From assembly GCA_030390025.1 (NCBI GenBank), contig JASTWF010000035.1, forward strand, positions 4,402,001 to 4,466,000: a stretch of 64,000 nucleotides of DNA. Direction: 5' to 3'. Under the pieces are notes generated by a model. That model had not been told where the DNA came from. It did not search any database and saw only the letters and a list, made by a program, of their open reading frames with translations. Positions 12,301-27,451 of the stretch are shown here, in pieces. This DNA is from Squalus acanthias. Lineage: Eukaryota. The number at the start of each line of letters is the position of its first letter. The first letter of the stretch is position 1. The position numbers and the translations under genes were made by a program.

Positions 12301-15300
12301 TAAAATACCCCAATAACAGTGAGTGATTCTGTGTAAAATACCCCAATAACAGTGAGTGATTCTGTGTAAAATACCCCAATAACAGTGAGTGATTCTGTGT
12401 AAAATACCCCAATAACAGTGAGTGATTCTGTGTAAAATACCCCAATAACAGTGAGTGATTCTGTGTAAAATACCCCAATAACAGTGAGTGACTGTGTAAA
12501 ATACCCCAATAACAGTGAGTGACTGTGTGTAAAATACCCCAATAACAGTGAGTGACTGTGTAAAATACCCCAATAACAGTGAGTGATTCTGTGTAAAATA
12601 CCCCAATAACAGTGAGTGACTGTGTAAAATACCCCAATAACAATGAGTGACTGGTAAAATACCCCAATAACAGTGAGTGATTGTGTGTAAAATACCCCAA
12701 TAACAGTGAGTGACTGTGTGTAAAATACCCCAATAACAGTGAGTGACTGTGTGTAAAATACCCCAATAACAGTGAGTGACTGTGTGTAAAATACCCCAAT
12801 AACAGTGAGTGACTGTGTGTAAAATACCCCAATAACAGTGAGTGACTGTGTGTAAAATACCCCAATAACAGTGAGTGACTGTGTGTAAAATACCCCAATA
12901 ACAGTGAGTGACTCTGTGTGTAAAATACCCCAATAACAGTGAGTGACTGTGTGTAAAATACCCCAATAACAGTGAGTGACTGTGTGTAAAATACCCCAAT
13001 AACAGTGAGTGACTGTGTGTAAAATACCCCAATAACAGTGAGTGACTGTGTGTAAAATACCCCAATAACAGTGAGTGACTGTGTGTAAAATACCCCAATA
13101 ACAGTGAGTGACTGTGTGTAAAATACCCCAATAACAGTGAGTGACTGTGTGTAAAATACCCCAATAACAGTGAGTGACTGTGTGTAAAATACCCCAATAA
13201 CAGTGAGTGACTGTGTGTAAAATACCCCAATAACAGTGAGTGACTGTGTGTAAAATACCCCAATAACAGTGAGTGACTGTGTGTAAAATACCCCAATAAC
13301 AGTGAGTGACCTGTGTGTAAAATACCCCAATAACAGTGAGTGACTGTGTGTAAAATACCCCAATAACAGTGAGTGACTGGTGTAAAATACCCCAATAACA
13401 GTGAGTGACTGTGTGTAAAATACCCCAATAACAGTGAGTGACTGTGTGTAAAATACCCCAATAACAGTGAGTGACTGTGTGTAAAATACCCCAATAACAG
13501 TGAGTGACTGTGTGTAAAATACCCCAATAACAGTGAGTGACTGTGTGTAAAATACCCCAATAACAGTGAGTGACTGTGTGTAAAATACCCCAATAACAGT
13601 GAGTGACTGTGTGTAAAATACCCCAATAACAGTGAGTGACTGTGTGTAAAATACCCCAATAACAGTGAGTGACTGTGTGTAAAATACCCCAATAACAGTG
13701 AGTGACTGTGTGTAAAATACCCCCAATAACAGTGAGTGACTGTGTGTGTAAAATACCCCAATAACAGTGAGTGACTGTGTGTAAAATACCCCAATAACAG
13801 TGAGTGACTGTGTGTAAAATACCCCAATAACAGTGAGTGACTGTGTGTAAAATACCCCAATAACAGTGAGTGACTGTGTGTAAAATACCCCAATAACAGT
13901 GAGTGACTGTGTGTAAAATACCCCAATAACAGTGAGTGACTGTGTGTAAAATACCCCAATAACAGTGAGTGACTGTGTGTAAAATACCCCAATAACAGTG
14001 AGTGACTGTGTGTAAAATACCCCAATAACAGTGAGTGACTGTGTGTAAAATACCCCAATAACAGTGAGTGACTGTGTGTAAAATACCCCAATAACAGTGA
14101 GTGACTTGTGTAAAATACCCCAATAACAGTGAGTGACTGTGTGGTGTAAAATACCCCAATAACAGTGAGTGACTGTGTGTAAAATACCCCAATAACAGTG
14201 AGTGACTGTGTGTAAAATACCCCAATAACAGTGAGTGACTGTGTGTAAAATACCCCAATAACAGTGAGTGACTGTGTGTAAAATACCCCAATAACAGTGA
14301 GTGATTCTGTGTAAAATACCCCAATAACAGTGAGTGACTGTGTGTAAAATACCCCAATAACAGTGAGTGACTGTGTGTAAAATACCCCAATAACAGTGAG
14401 TGACTGTGTGTAAAATACCCCAATAACAGTGAGTGACTGTGTGTAAAATACCCCAATAACAGTGAGTGACTGTGTGTAAAATACCCCAATAACAGTGAGT
14501 GACTGTGTGTGTAAAATACCCCAATAACAGTGAGTGACTGTGTGTAAAATACCCCAATAACAGTGAGTGACTGTGTGTAAAATACCCCAATAACAGTGAG
14601 TGATTGTGTGTAAAATACCCCAATAACAGTGAGTGACTGTGTAAAATACCCCAATAACAGTGAGTGACTGTGTGTAAAATACCCCAATACAGTGAGTGAC
14701 TGTGTGTAAAATACCCCAATAACAGTGAGTGACTGGTGTGTAAAATACTCCAATAACAGTGAGTGACTGTGTGTAAAATACCCCAATAACAGTGAGTGAC
14801 TGTGTGTAAAATACCCCAATAACAGTGAGTGACTGTGTGTAAAATACCCCAATAACAGTGAGTGACTGTGTGTAAAATACCCCAATAACAGTGAGTGATT
14901 GTGTGTAAAATACCCCAATAACAGTGAGTGACTGTGTGTAAAATACCCCAATAACAGTGAGTGACTGTGTGTAAAATACCCCAATAACAGTGAGTGACTG
15001 TGTGTAAAATACCCCAATAACAGTGAGTGACTGTGTGTGTAAAATACCCCAATAACAGTGAGTGACTGTGTGTGTAAAATACCCCAATAACAGTGAGTGA
15101 CTGTGTGTGTAAAATACCCCAATAACAGTGAGTGACTGTGTGTAAAATACCCCAATAACAGTGAGTGACTGTGTGTAAAATACCCCAATAACAGTGAGTG
15201 ATTGTGTGTAAAATACACCAATAACAGTGAGTGACTTGTGTGTAAAATACCCCAATAACAGTGAGTGATTGTGTGTAAAATACCCCAATAACAGTGAGTG

Positions 15301-18300
15301 ACTGTGTGTAAAATACCCCAATAACAGTGAGTGACTGTGTGTGTAAAATACCCCAATAACAGTGAGTGACTGTGTGTAAAATACCCCAATAACAGTGAGT
15401 GACTGTGTGTAAAATACCCCAATAACAGTGAGTGACTGTGTGTAAAATACCCCAATAACAGTGAGTGACTCTGTGTAAAATACCCCAATAACAGTGAGTG
15501 ACTGTGTGTAAAATACCCCAATAACAGTGAGTGACTGTGTGTAAAATACCCCAATAACAGTGAGTGACTGTGTGTAAAATACCCAATAACAGTGAGTGAC
15601 TGTGTGTAAAATACCCCAATAACAGTGAGTGACTGTGTGTAAAATACCCCAATAACAGTGAGTGACTGTGTGTAAAATACCCCAATAACAGTGAGTGACT
15701 GTGTGTAAAATACCCCAATACAGTGAGTGACTGTGTGTAAAATACCCAATATCAGTGAGTGACTGTGTGTAAAATACCCCAATAAACAGTGAGTGACTGT
15801 GTGTAAAATACCCCAATAACAGTGAGTGACTGTGGTAAAATACCCAATAACAGTGAGTGACTGTGTGTGTAAAATACTCCAATAACAGTGAGTGACTGTG
15901 TGTAAAATACCCCAATAACAGTGAGTGACTGTGTGTAAAATACCCAATAACAGTGAGTGACTGTGTGTAAAATACCCAATAACAGTGAGTGACTGCTGTG
16001 TAAAATACCCCAATAACAGTGAGTGACTGTGTGTAAAATACCCCAATAACAGTGAGTGACTGTGTGTAAAATACCCCATAACAGTGAGTGACTGTGTGTG
16101 TAAAATACCCCAATAACAGTGAGTGACTGTGTGTAAAATACCCCAATAACAGTGAGTGACTCTGTGTGTAAAATACCCCAATAGCAGTGAGTGACTGTGT
16201 GTAAAATACCCCAATAACAGTGAGTCACTGTGTGTAAAATATCCCAATAACAGTGAGTGACTGTGTGTAAAATATCCCAATAACAGTGAGTGACTGTGTG
16301 TAAAATACCCCAATAACAGTGAGTGACTGTATGTAAAATACCCCAATAACAGTGAGTGACTGTGTGTAAAATACCCCAATAACAGTGAGTGACTGTGTGT
16401 AAAATACCCCAATAACAGTGAGTGACTGTGGTGTAAAATACCCCAATAACAGTGAGTGACTGTGTGTAAAATACCCCAATAACAGTGAGTGACTGTGTGT
16501 GTAAAATACCCCAATAACAGTGAGTGACTGTGTGTAAAATACCCCAATAACAGTGAGTGATTGTGTGTAAAATACCCCAATAACAGTGAGTGACTGTGTG
16601 TAAAATACACCAATAACAGTGAGTGACTTGTGTGTAAAATACCCCAATAACAGTGAGTGATTGTGTGTAAAATACCCCAATAACAGTGAGTGACTGTGTG
16701 TAAAATACCCCAATAACAGTGAGTGACTGTGTGGTAAAATACCCCAATAACAGTGAGTGACTGTGTGTGTAAAATACCCCAATAACAGTGAGTGACTGTG
16801 TGTAAAATACCCCAATAACAGTGAGTGACTGTGTGTAAAATACCCCAATAACAGTGAGTGACTGTGTAAAATATCCCAATAACAGTGAGTGACTGTGTGT
16901 AAAATACCCCAATAACAGTGAGTGACTGTGTGTGTAAAATACCCAATAACAGTGAGTGACTGTGTGTGTAAAATACCCCAATAACAGTGAGTGACTGTGT
17001 GTAAAATACCCCAATAACAGTGAGTGACTGTGTGTAAAATACCCAATAACAGTGAGTGACTGTGTGTAAAATACCCCAATAACAGTGAGTGACTGTGTGT
17101 AAAATACCCCAATAACAGTGAGTGACTCTGTGTAAAATACCCCAATAACAGTGAGTGACTGTGTGTGTAAAATACCCCAATAACAGTGAGTGACTGTGTG
17201 TAAAATACCCCAATAACAGTGAGTGACTGTGTGTGTAAAATACCCCAATAACAGTGAGTGACTGTGTGTAAAATACCCAATAACAGTGAGTGACTGTGTG
17301 TAAAATACCCCAATAACAGTGAGTCACTGTGTGTAAAATACCCCAGTAACAGTGAGTGACTGTGTGTAAAATCTCCCAATAACAGTGAGTGACTGTGTGT
17401 AAAATACCCCAATAACCGTGAGTGACTCTGTGTAAAATACCCCAATAACAGTGAGTGACTGTGTGTAAAATACCCCAATAACAGTGAGTGACTGTGTGTA
17501 AAATCTCCCAATAACAGTGAGTGACTGTGTGTAAAATACCCCAATAACAGTGAGTGACTGTGTGTAAAATACCCCAATAACAGTGAGTGACTGTGTGTGT
17601 AAAATATCCCAATAACAGTGAGTGACTGTGTGTAAAATACCCCAATAACAGTGAGTGACTCTGTGTAAAATACCCCAATAACAGTGAGTGACTGTGTGTA
17701 AAATCTCCCAATAACAGTGAGTGACTGTGTGTAAATACCCCAATAACAGTGAGTGACTGTGTGTAAAATACCCCAATAACAGTGAGTGACTCTGTGTAAA
17801 ATACCCCAATAACAGTGAGTGACTGTGTGTAAAATCTCCCCAATAACAGTGAGTGACTGTGTGTAAAATACCCCAATAACAGTGAGTGACTCTGTGTAAA
17901 ATACCCAATAACAGTGAGTGACTGTGTGTAAAATCTCCAATAACAGTGAGTGACTGTGTGTAAAATACCCCAATAACAGTGAGTGACTCTGTGTAAAATA
18001 CCCCAATAACAGTGAGTGACTGTGTAAAATACCCCAATAACAGTGAGTGACTGTGTGTGTAAAATACCCCAATAACAGTGAGTGACTGTGTGTAAAATAC
18101 CCCAATAACAGTGAGTGACTGTGTGTAAAATACCCCAATAACAGTGAGTGACTGTGTGTAAAATACCCCAATAACAGTGAGTGACTGTGTGTAAAATACC
18201 CCAATAACAGTGAGTGACTGTGTGTGTAAAATACCCCAATAACAGTGAGTGACTGTGTGTAAAATACCCCAATAACAGTGAGTGACTGTGTGTGTAAAAT

Positions 18301-21300
18301 ACTCCAATATCAGTGAGTGACTGTGTGTAAAATACCCCAATAACAGTGAGTGACTGTGTGTGTAAAATACCCCAATAACAGTGAGTGACTGTGTGTAAAA
18401 TACCCCAATAACAGTGAGTGACTGTGTGTGTAAAATACTCCAATAACAGTGAGTGACTGTGTGTAAAATACCCCAATAACAGTGAGTGACTGTGTGTAAA
18501 ATACCCCAATAACAGTGAGTGACTGTGTGTAAAATACCCCAATAACAGTGAGTGACTGTGTGTAAAATACCCCAATAACAGTGAGTGACTGTGTGTAAAA
18601 TACCCCAATAACAATGAGTGACTGTGTGTAAAATACCCCAATAACAGTGAGTGTGTGTGTAAAATACCCCAATAACAGTGAGTGACTGTGTGTAAAATAC
18701 CCCAATAACAGTGAGTGACTCTGTGTGTAAAATACCCCAATAGCAGTGAGTGACTGTGTGTGTAAAATACCCCAATAACAGTGAGTCACTGTGTGTAAAA
18801 TATCCCAATAACAGTGAGTGACTGTGTGTAAAATATCCCAATAACAGTGAGTGATTGTGTGTAAAATACCCCAATAACAGTGAGTGACTGTATGTAAAAT
18901 ACCCCAATAACAGTGAGTGACTGTGTGTAAAATACCCCAATAACAGTGAGTGATTGTGTGTAAAATACCCCAATAACAGTGAGTGACTGTGTGTGTAAAA
19001 TACCCCAATAACAGTGAGTGACTGTGTGTGTAAAATACCCCAATAACAGTGAGTGACTGTGTGTAAAATACCCCAATAACAGTGAGTGACTGTGTGTAAA
19101 ATACCCCAATAACAGTGAGTGATTGTGTGTAAAATACCCCAATAACAGTGAGTGATTGTGTGTAAAATACACCAATAACAGTGAGTGATTGTGTGTAAAA
19201 TACCCCAATAACAGTGAGTGATTGTGTGTAAAATACCCCAATAACAGTGAGTGACTGTGTGTAAAATACCCCAATAACAGTGAGTGACTGTGTGTGTAAA
19301 ATACCCCAATAACAGTGAGTGACTGTGTGTGTAAAATACCCCAATAACAGTGAGTGACTGTGTGTAAAATACCCCAATAACAGTGAGTGACTGTGTGTAA
19401 AATACCCCAATAACAGTGAGTGACTGTGTAAAATATCCCAATAACAGTGAGTGACTGTGTGTAAAATACCCCAATAACAGTGAGTGACTGTGTGTGTAAA
19501 ATACCCCAATAACAGTGAGTGACTGTGTGTGTAAAATACCCCAATAACAGTGAGTGACTGTGTGTAAAATACCCCAATAACAGTGAGTGACTGTGTGTAA
19601 AATACCCCAATAACAGTGAGTGACTGTGTGTAAAATACCCCAATAACAGTGAGTGACTGTGTGTAAAATACCCCAATAACAGTGAGTGACTCTGTGTAAA
19701 ATACCCCAATAACAGTGAGTGACTGTGTGTGTAAAATACCCCAATAACAGTGAGTGACTGTGTGTAAAATACCCCAATAACAGTGAGTGACTGTGTGTGT
19801 AAAATACCCCAATAACAGTGAGTGACTGTGTGTAAAATACCCCAATAACAGTGAGTGACTGTGTGTAAAATACCCCAATAACAGTGAGTCACTGTGTGTA
19901 AAATACCCCAGTAACAGTGAGTGACTGTGTGTAAAATCTCCCAATAACAGTGAGTGACTGTGTGTAAAATACCCCAATAACCGTGAGTGACTCTGTGTAA
20001 AATACCCCAATAACAGTGAGTGACTGTGTGTAAAATACCCCAATAACAGTGAGTGACTGTGTGTAAAATCTCCCAATAACAGTGAGTGACTGTGTGTAAA
20101 ATACCCCAATAACAGTGAGTGACTGTGTGTAAAATACCCCAATAACAGTGAGTGACTGTGTGTGTAAAATATCCCAATAACAGTGAGTGACTGTGTGTAA
20201 AATACCCCAATAACAGTGAGTGACTCTGTGTAAAATACCCCAATAACAGTGAGTGACTGTGTGTAAAATCTCCCAATAACAGTGAGTGACTGTGTGTAAA
20301 ATACCCCAATAACAGTGAGTGACTGTGTGTAAAATACCCCAATAACAGTGAGTGACTCTGTGTAAAATACCCCAATAACAGTGAGTGACTGTGTGTAAAA
20401 TCTCCCAATAACAGTGAGTGACTGTGTGTAAAATACCCCAATAACAGTGAGTGACTCTGTGTAAAATACCCCAATAACAGTGAGTGACTGTGTGTAAAAT
20501 CTCCCAATAACAGTGAGTGACTGTGTGTAAAATACCCCAATAACAGTGAGTGACTCTGTGTAAAATACCCCAATAACAGTGAGTGACTGTGTAAAATACC
20601 CCAATAACAGTGAGTGACTGTGTGTGTAAAATACCCCAATAACAGTGAGTGACTGTGTGTAAAATACCCCAATAACAGTGAGTGACTGTGTGTAAAATAC
20701 CCCAATAACAGTGAGTGACTGTGTGTAAAATACCCCAATAACAGTGAGTGACTGTGTGTAAAATACCCAATAACAGTGAGTGACTGTGTGTGTAAAATAC
20801 CCCAATAACAGTGAGTGACTGTGTGTAAAATACCCCAATAACAGTGAGTGACTGTGTGTGTAAAATACTCCAATAACAGTGAGTGACTGTGTGTAAAATA
20901 CCCCAATAACAGTGAGTGACTGTGTGTGTAAAATACCCCAATAACAGTGAGTGACTGTGTGTAAAATACCCAATAACAGTGAGTGACTGTGTGTGTAAAA
21001 TACTCCAATAACAGTGAGTGACTGTGTGTAAAATACCCCAATAACAGTGAGTGACTGTGTGTAAAATACCCCAATAACAGTGAGTGACTGTGTGTAAAAT
21101 ACCCCAATAACAGTGAGTGACTGTGTAAAATACCCCCAATAACAGTGAGTGACTGTGTGTAAAATACCCCAATAACAGTGAGTGACTGTGTGTAAAATAC
21201 CCAATAACAGTGAGTGACTGTGTGTAAAATACCCAATAACAGTGAGTGACTGTGTGTGTAAAATACCCCAATAACAGTGAGTGACTGTGTGTAAAATACC

Positions 21301-24300
21301 CCAATAACAGTGAGTGACTGTGTGTAAAATACCCCAAAACAGTGAGTGACTGTGTGTAAATACCCAATAACAGTGAGTGACTGTGTGTAAAATACCCCAA
21401 TAACAGTGAGTGACTGTGTGTAAAATACCCAATAACAGTGAGTGACTGTGTGTAAAATACCCCAATAACAGTGAGAGACTGTGTGTAAAATACCCCAATA
21501 ACAGTGAGTGACTGTGTGTAAAATACCCCAATAACAGTGAGTGACTCTGTGTGTAAAATACCCCAATAACAGTGAGTGACTGTGTGTAAAATACCCCAAT
21601 AACAGTGAGTGACTCTGTGTGTAAAATACCCCAATAACAGTGAGTGACTGTGTAAAATACCCCAATAACAGTGAGTGACTGTGTGTAAAATACCCCAATA
21701 ACAGTGAGTGGACTGTGTGTAAAATACTCCAATAACAGTGAGTGACTGTGTGTAAAATACCCCAATAACAGTGAGTGATTCTGTGTAAAATACCCCAATA
21801 ACCGTGAGTGACTGTGTGTAACATACCCCAATACAGTGAGTGACTGTGTGTGTAAAATACCCCAATAACAGTGAGTGACTGTGTGTAAATACCCCAATAA
21901 CAGTGAGTGACTGTGTAAAATACCCCATAACAGTGAGTGACTGTGTAAAATACCCCTATAACAGTGAGTGACTGTGTGTGTAAAATACCCAATAACAGTG
22001 AGTGACTGTGTGTAAAATACCCCAATAACAGTGAGTGATTCTGTGTAAAATACCCCAATAACAGTGAGTGCCTGTGTGTAAAATACCCCAATAACAGTGA
22101 GTGACTGTGTGTGTAAAATACCCCAATAACAGTGAGTGACTGTGTGTAAAATACCCCATAACAGTGAGTCACTGTGTGTAAAATACCCCAGTAACAGTGA
22201 GTGACTGTGTGTAAAATACCCCAATAACCGTGAGTGACTCTGTGTAAAATACCCCAATAACAGTGAGTGACTGTGTGTAAAATACCCCAGTAACAGTGAG
22301 TGACTGTGTGTGTAAAATATCCCAATAACAGTGAGTGACTGTGTGTAAAATACCCCAATAACAGTGAGTGACTGTGTAAAATACCCCAATAACAGTGAGT
22401 GACTGTGTGTAAAATCTCCCAATAACAGTGAGTGACTGTGTGTAAAATACCCCAATAACAGTGAGTGACTGTGTGTAAAATACTCCAATAACAGTGAGTG
22501 ACTGTGTGTGTAAAATACCCCAATAACAGTGAGTGACTCTGTGTAAAATACTCCAATAACAGTGAGTGACTGTGTGTGTAAAATACCCCAATAACAGTGA
22601 GTGACTGTGTGTAAAATACCCCAATAACAGTGAGTGACTGTGTGTGTAAAATACCCCAATAACAGTGAGTGACTGTGTGTAAAATACCCCAATAACAGTG
22701 AGTGACTGTGTGTAAATACCCAATAACAGTGAGTGACTGTGTGTGTAAAATACCCCAATAACAGTGAGTGACTGTGTGTAAAATACCCCAATAACAGTGA
22801 GTGACTGTGTGTAAAATACCCCAATAACAGTGAGTGACTGTGTGTGTAAAATACCCCAATAACAGTGAGTGACTGTGTGTAAAATACCCCAATAACAGTG
22901 AGTGACTGTGTGTAAAATACCCCAATAACAGTGAGTGACTGTGTGTGTAAAATACCCCAATAACAGTGAGTGACTGTGTGTAAAATACCCCAATAACAGT
23001 GAGTGACTGTGTGTAAAATACCCAATAACAGTGAGTGACTGTGTGTAAAATACCCAATAACAGTGAGTGACTGTGTGTAAAATACCCCAATAACAGTGAG
23101 TGACTGTGTGTAAAATACCCCAATAACAGTGAGTGACTGTGTGTAAAATACCCCAATAACAGTGAGTGACTGTGTGTAAAATACTCCAATAACAGTGAGT
23201 GACTGTGTGTAAAATACCCCAATAACAGTGAGTGACTGTGTAAAATACCCCAATAACAGTGAGTGTGTGTAAAATACCCCAATAACAGTGAGTGACTGTG
23301 TGTAAAATACCCCAATAACAGTGAGTGACTGTGTGTAAAATACCCCAATAACAGTGAGTGACTGTGTGTAAAATACCCCAATAACAGAGAGTGACTGTGT
23401 GTAAAATACCCCAATAACCGTGAGTGACTGTGTGTGTAAAATACCCCAATAACAGTGAGTGACTGTGTGTGTAAAATACCCCAATAACAGTGAGTGACTG
23501 TGTGTAAAATACCCCAATAACCGTGAGTGACTGTGTGTGTAAAATACCCCAATAACAGTGAGTGATTGTGTGTGTAAAATACCCCAATAACAGTGAGTGA
23601 CTGTGTGTGTAAAGTACCCCAATAACAGTGAGTGACTGACTGTGTGTGTAAAATACCCCAATAACAGTGAGTGACTGTGTGTAAAATACCCCAATAACAG
23701 TGAGTGACTGTGTGTAAAATACCCCAATAACAGTGAGTGACTGTGTGTAAAATACTCCAATAACAGTGAGTGACTGTGTGTGTAAAATACCCCAATAACA
23801 GTGAGTGACTGTGTGTAAAATACCCCAATAACAGTGAGTGACTGTGATAAAATACCCCAATAACAGTGAGTGACTGTGTGTAAAATACCCCAATAACAGT
23901 GAGTGACTGTGTGTGTAAAATACCCCAATAACAGTGAGTGACTGTGTGTAAAATACCCCAATAAGTGAGTGACTGTGTGTAAAATACCCCAATAACAGTG
24001 AGTGACTGTGTGTGTAAAATACCCCAATAACAGTGAGTGACTGTGTAAAATACCCCAATAACAGTGAGTGACTGTGTGTAAAATACCCCAATAACAGTGA
24101 GTGACTGTGTGTAAAATACCCCAATAACAGTGAGTGACTGTTGTGTAAAATACCCCAATAACAGTGAGTGACTGTGTGTAAAATATCCCAATAACAGTGA
24201 GTGACTGTGTGTAAAATACCCCAATAACAGTGAGTGACTGTGTGTAAAATACCCCAATAACAGTGAGTGACTGTGTGTAAAATACCCAATAACAGTGAGT

Positions 24301-26546
24301 GACTGTGTGTAAAATACCCCAATAACAGTGATAGACTGTGTGTAAAATACCCCAATAACAGTGAGTGACTGTGTGTAAAATACCCCAATAACAGTGAGTG
24401 ACTGTGTGTAAAATACCCCAATAACAGTGAGTGACTGTGTGTGTAAAATACCCCAATAACAGTGAGTGACTGTGTGTAAAATACCCCCAATAACAGTGAT
24501 AGACTGTGTGTAAAATACCCCAATAACAGTGAGTGACTGTGTAAAATACCCCAATAACAGTGAGTGACTGTGTAAAATACCCCAATAACAGTGAGTGACT
24601 GTGTGTGTAAAATACCCCAATAACAGTGAGTGACTGTGTAAAATACCCCAATAACAGTGAGTGACTGTGTGTAAAATACCCCAATAACAGTGAGTGACTC
24701 CGTGTAAAATACTCCAATAACAGTGAGTGACTGTGTGTAAAATACCCCAATAACAGTGAGTGACTGTGTGTGTAAAATACCCCAATAACAGTGAGTGACT
24801 GTGCAAAATACCCCAATAACAGTGAGTGACTGTGTGTAAAATACCCCAATAACAGTGAGTGATTGTGTGTGTAAAATACCCCAATAACAGTGAGTGATTG
24901 TGTGTGTAAAATACCCCAATAACAGTGAGTGACTGTGTGTAAAATACCCCAATAACAGTGAGTGACTGTGTGTGTAAAATACCCCAATAACAGTGAGTGA
25001 CTGTGTAAAATGCCCCAATAACAGTGAGTGACTGTGTGTAAAATACCCCATTAACAGTGAGTGACTGTGTGTAAAATACCCCAATAACAGTGAGTGACTG
25101 TGTGTGTAAAATACCCCAATAACAGTGAGTGACTGTGTGTAAAATACCCCAATAACAGTGAGTGTGTGTAAAATGCCCCAATAACAGTGAGTGACTGTGT
25201 GTAAAATACCCCAATAACAGTGAGTGACTGTGTGTAAAATACCCCAATAACAGTGAGTGACTGTGTGTAAAATACCCCAATAACAGTGAGTGACTGTGTG
25301 TGTAAAATACCCCAATAACAGTGAGTGACTGTGTGTAAAATGCCCCAATAACAGTGAGTGACTGTGGTAAAATGCCCAATAACAGTGAGTGACTGTGTAA
25401 AATACCCCAATAACAGTGAGTGACTGTGTGTAAAATACCCCAATAACAGTGAGTGACTGTGTGTAAAATACCCCAATAACAGTGAGTGACTGTGTGTGTA
25501 AAATACCCCAATAACAGTGAGTGACTGTGTGTAAAATACCCCAATAACAGTGAGTGACTGTGTAAAATACCCCAATAACAGTGAGTGACCTGTGTGTAAA
25601 ATACCCCAATAACAGTGAGTGACTGTGTGTAAAATACCCCAATAACAGTGAGTGACTGTGTGTGTAAAATACCCCAATAACAGTGAGTGACTCTGTGTGT
25701 AAAATACCCCAATAACAGTGAGTGACTGTGTGTGTAAAATACCCCAATAACAGTGAGTGACTGTGTGTGTAAAATACCCCAATAACAGTGAGTGACTGTG
25801 TGTAAAATACCCCAATAACAGTGAGTGACTGTGTGTGTAAAATACCCCAATAACAGTGAGTGACTGTGTGTAAAATACCCCAATAACAGTGAGTGACTGT
25901 GTGTAAAATACCCCAATAACAGTGAGTGACTGTGTGTAAAATACCCCAATAACAGTGAGTGACTGTGTGTAAAATACCCCAATAACAGTGAGTGACTGTG
26001 TGTAAAATACCCCATAACAGTGAGTCACTGTGTGTAAAATACCCAATAAACAGTGAGTGACTGTGTGTAAAATACCCAATAACAGTGAGTGACTGTGTGT
26101 AAAATACCCCAATAACAGTGAGTGACTGTGTGTAAAATACCCAATAACAGTGAGTGACTGTGTAAAATACCCCAATAACAGTGAGTGACTGTGTGTAAAA
26201 TACCCCAATAACAGTGAGTGACTGTGTGTGTAAAATACCCCAATAACAGTGAGTGACTGTGTGTGTAAAATACCCCAATAACAGTGAGTGACTGTGTGTA
26301 AAATACCCCAATAACAGTGAGTGACTGTGTAAAATACCCCAATAACAGTGAGTGACTGTGTGTAAAATACCCCAATAACAGTGAGTGACTGTGTGTGTAA
26401 AATACCCCAATAACAGTGAGTGACTGTGTGTAAAATACCCCAATAACAGTGAGTGTGTGTAAAATCCTCCAATAACAGTGAGTGACTCTGTGTAAAATAC
26501 CCCAATAACAGTGAGTGACTCTGTGTGTAAAATCCTCCAATAACAC
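6315..26546. repeat. 33-bp satellite (GTAAAATACCCCAATAACAGTGAGTGACTGTGT), ~600 copies, ~20 kb; two further units at 27330-27402
   Basis: Continuous tandem array with (GT)n length variants; the minus strand lacks stops in all three frames. Confidence 0.99.
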
Positions 26547-26547
26547 T

Positions 26548-27330
26548 GATAAGTGCGAGGTGATTCATTTTGGTAGGGCAAATTTGAATAAGGATTACAG
26601 GGTCAACGGCAGGGTTCTGAGGAACGTGGAGGAGCAGAGGGATCTGGGGGTTCATATCCACAGATCTCTGAAGGTTGCCACTCAAGTGGATAGAGCAGTA
26701 AAGAAGGCCTATGGTGTGTTGGCGTTTATTAACAGAGGGTTTGAGTTTAAGAACCGTGAGGTTATGCTGCAACTGTACAGGACCTTGGTGAGACCACATT
26801 TGGAATATTGTGTGCAGTTCTGGTCACCTCACTATAGGAAGGACGTGGAAGCATTGGAAAGAGTGTAAAGGAGATTTACCAGGATGCTGCCTGGTTTGAG
26901 GGGGAGGTCTTATGAGGAAAGATTGAGGGAGTTGGGGCTTTTCTCTTTAGAGCGGAGGAGGATGAGAGGCGACTTAATAGAGGTTTATAAGATGATGAGG
27001 GGGATAGATAGAGTGGATGTTCAGAGACTATTTCCTCGGGTAGATGCAGCTGTTACAAGGGGGCATAACTATAAGGTGCATGGGGGGAGATATAGAAGGG
27101 ATGTCCGAGGTAGATTCTTTACTCAGAGAGTGGTTGGGGTGTGGAATGGACTGCCTGCTGTGATAGTGGAGTCGGACACTTTAGGAACTTTCAAGCGGTT
27201 ATTGGATAAGCACATGGAGCACACCAGAGTGATAGGGAGTGTGATAGCTTGATCTTGGTCTCGGACAATGCTCGGCACAACATCGAGGGCCGAAGGGCCT
27301 GTACTGTGCTGTACTGTTCTATGTTTCTAT
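26548..27330 (+). mobile_element. CR1 LINE 3' fragment (ORF2 C-terminus plus 3' UTR) inserted at the end of the satellite
   Basis: DKCEVIHFG...LVRPHLEYCVQFWSP...FFTQRVV; premature TAA at 26866; TTCTATGT-type tail; satellite units resume afterwards. Confidence 0.93.
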
Positions 27331-27451
27331 GACTCTGTGTAAAATACCCCAATAACAGTGAGTGACTGTGTGTAAAATACCCCAATAACAGTGAGTGACT
27401 CTCACTAATCCCACTTTCCAGCTTTTGGTCCGTTGCCCTGCAGGTTCCGGC

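Noticed and set aside
6113..26799. Giant minus-strand ORFs (up to 4202 aa)
   Set aside because: All three frames of the 33-bp satellite lack stops, and the peptide switches frame with every indel; there is no sign of coding constraint.
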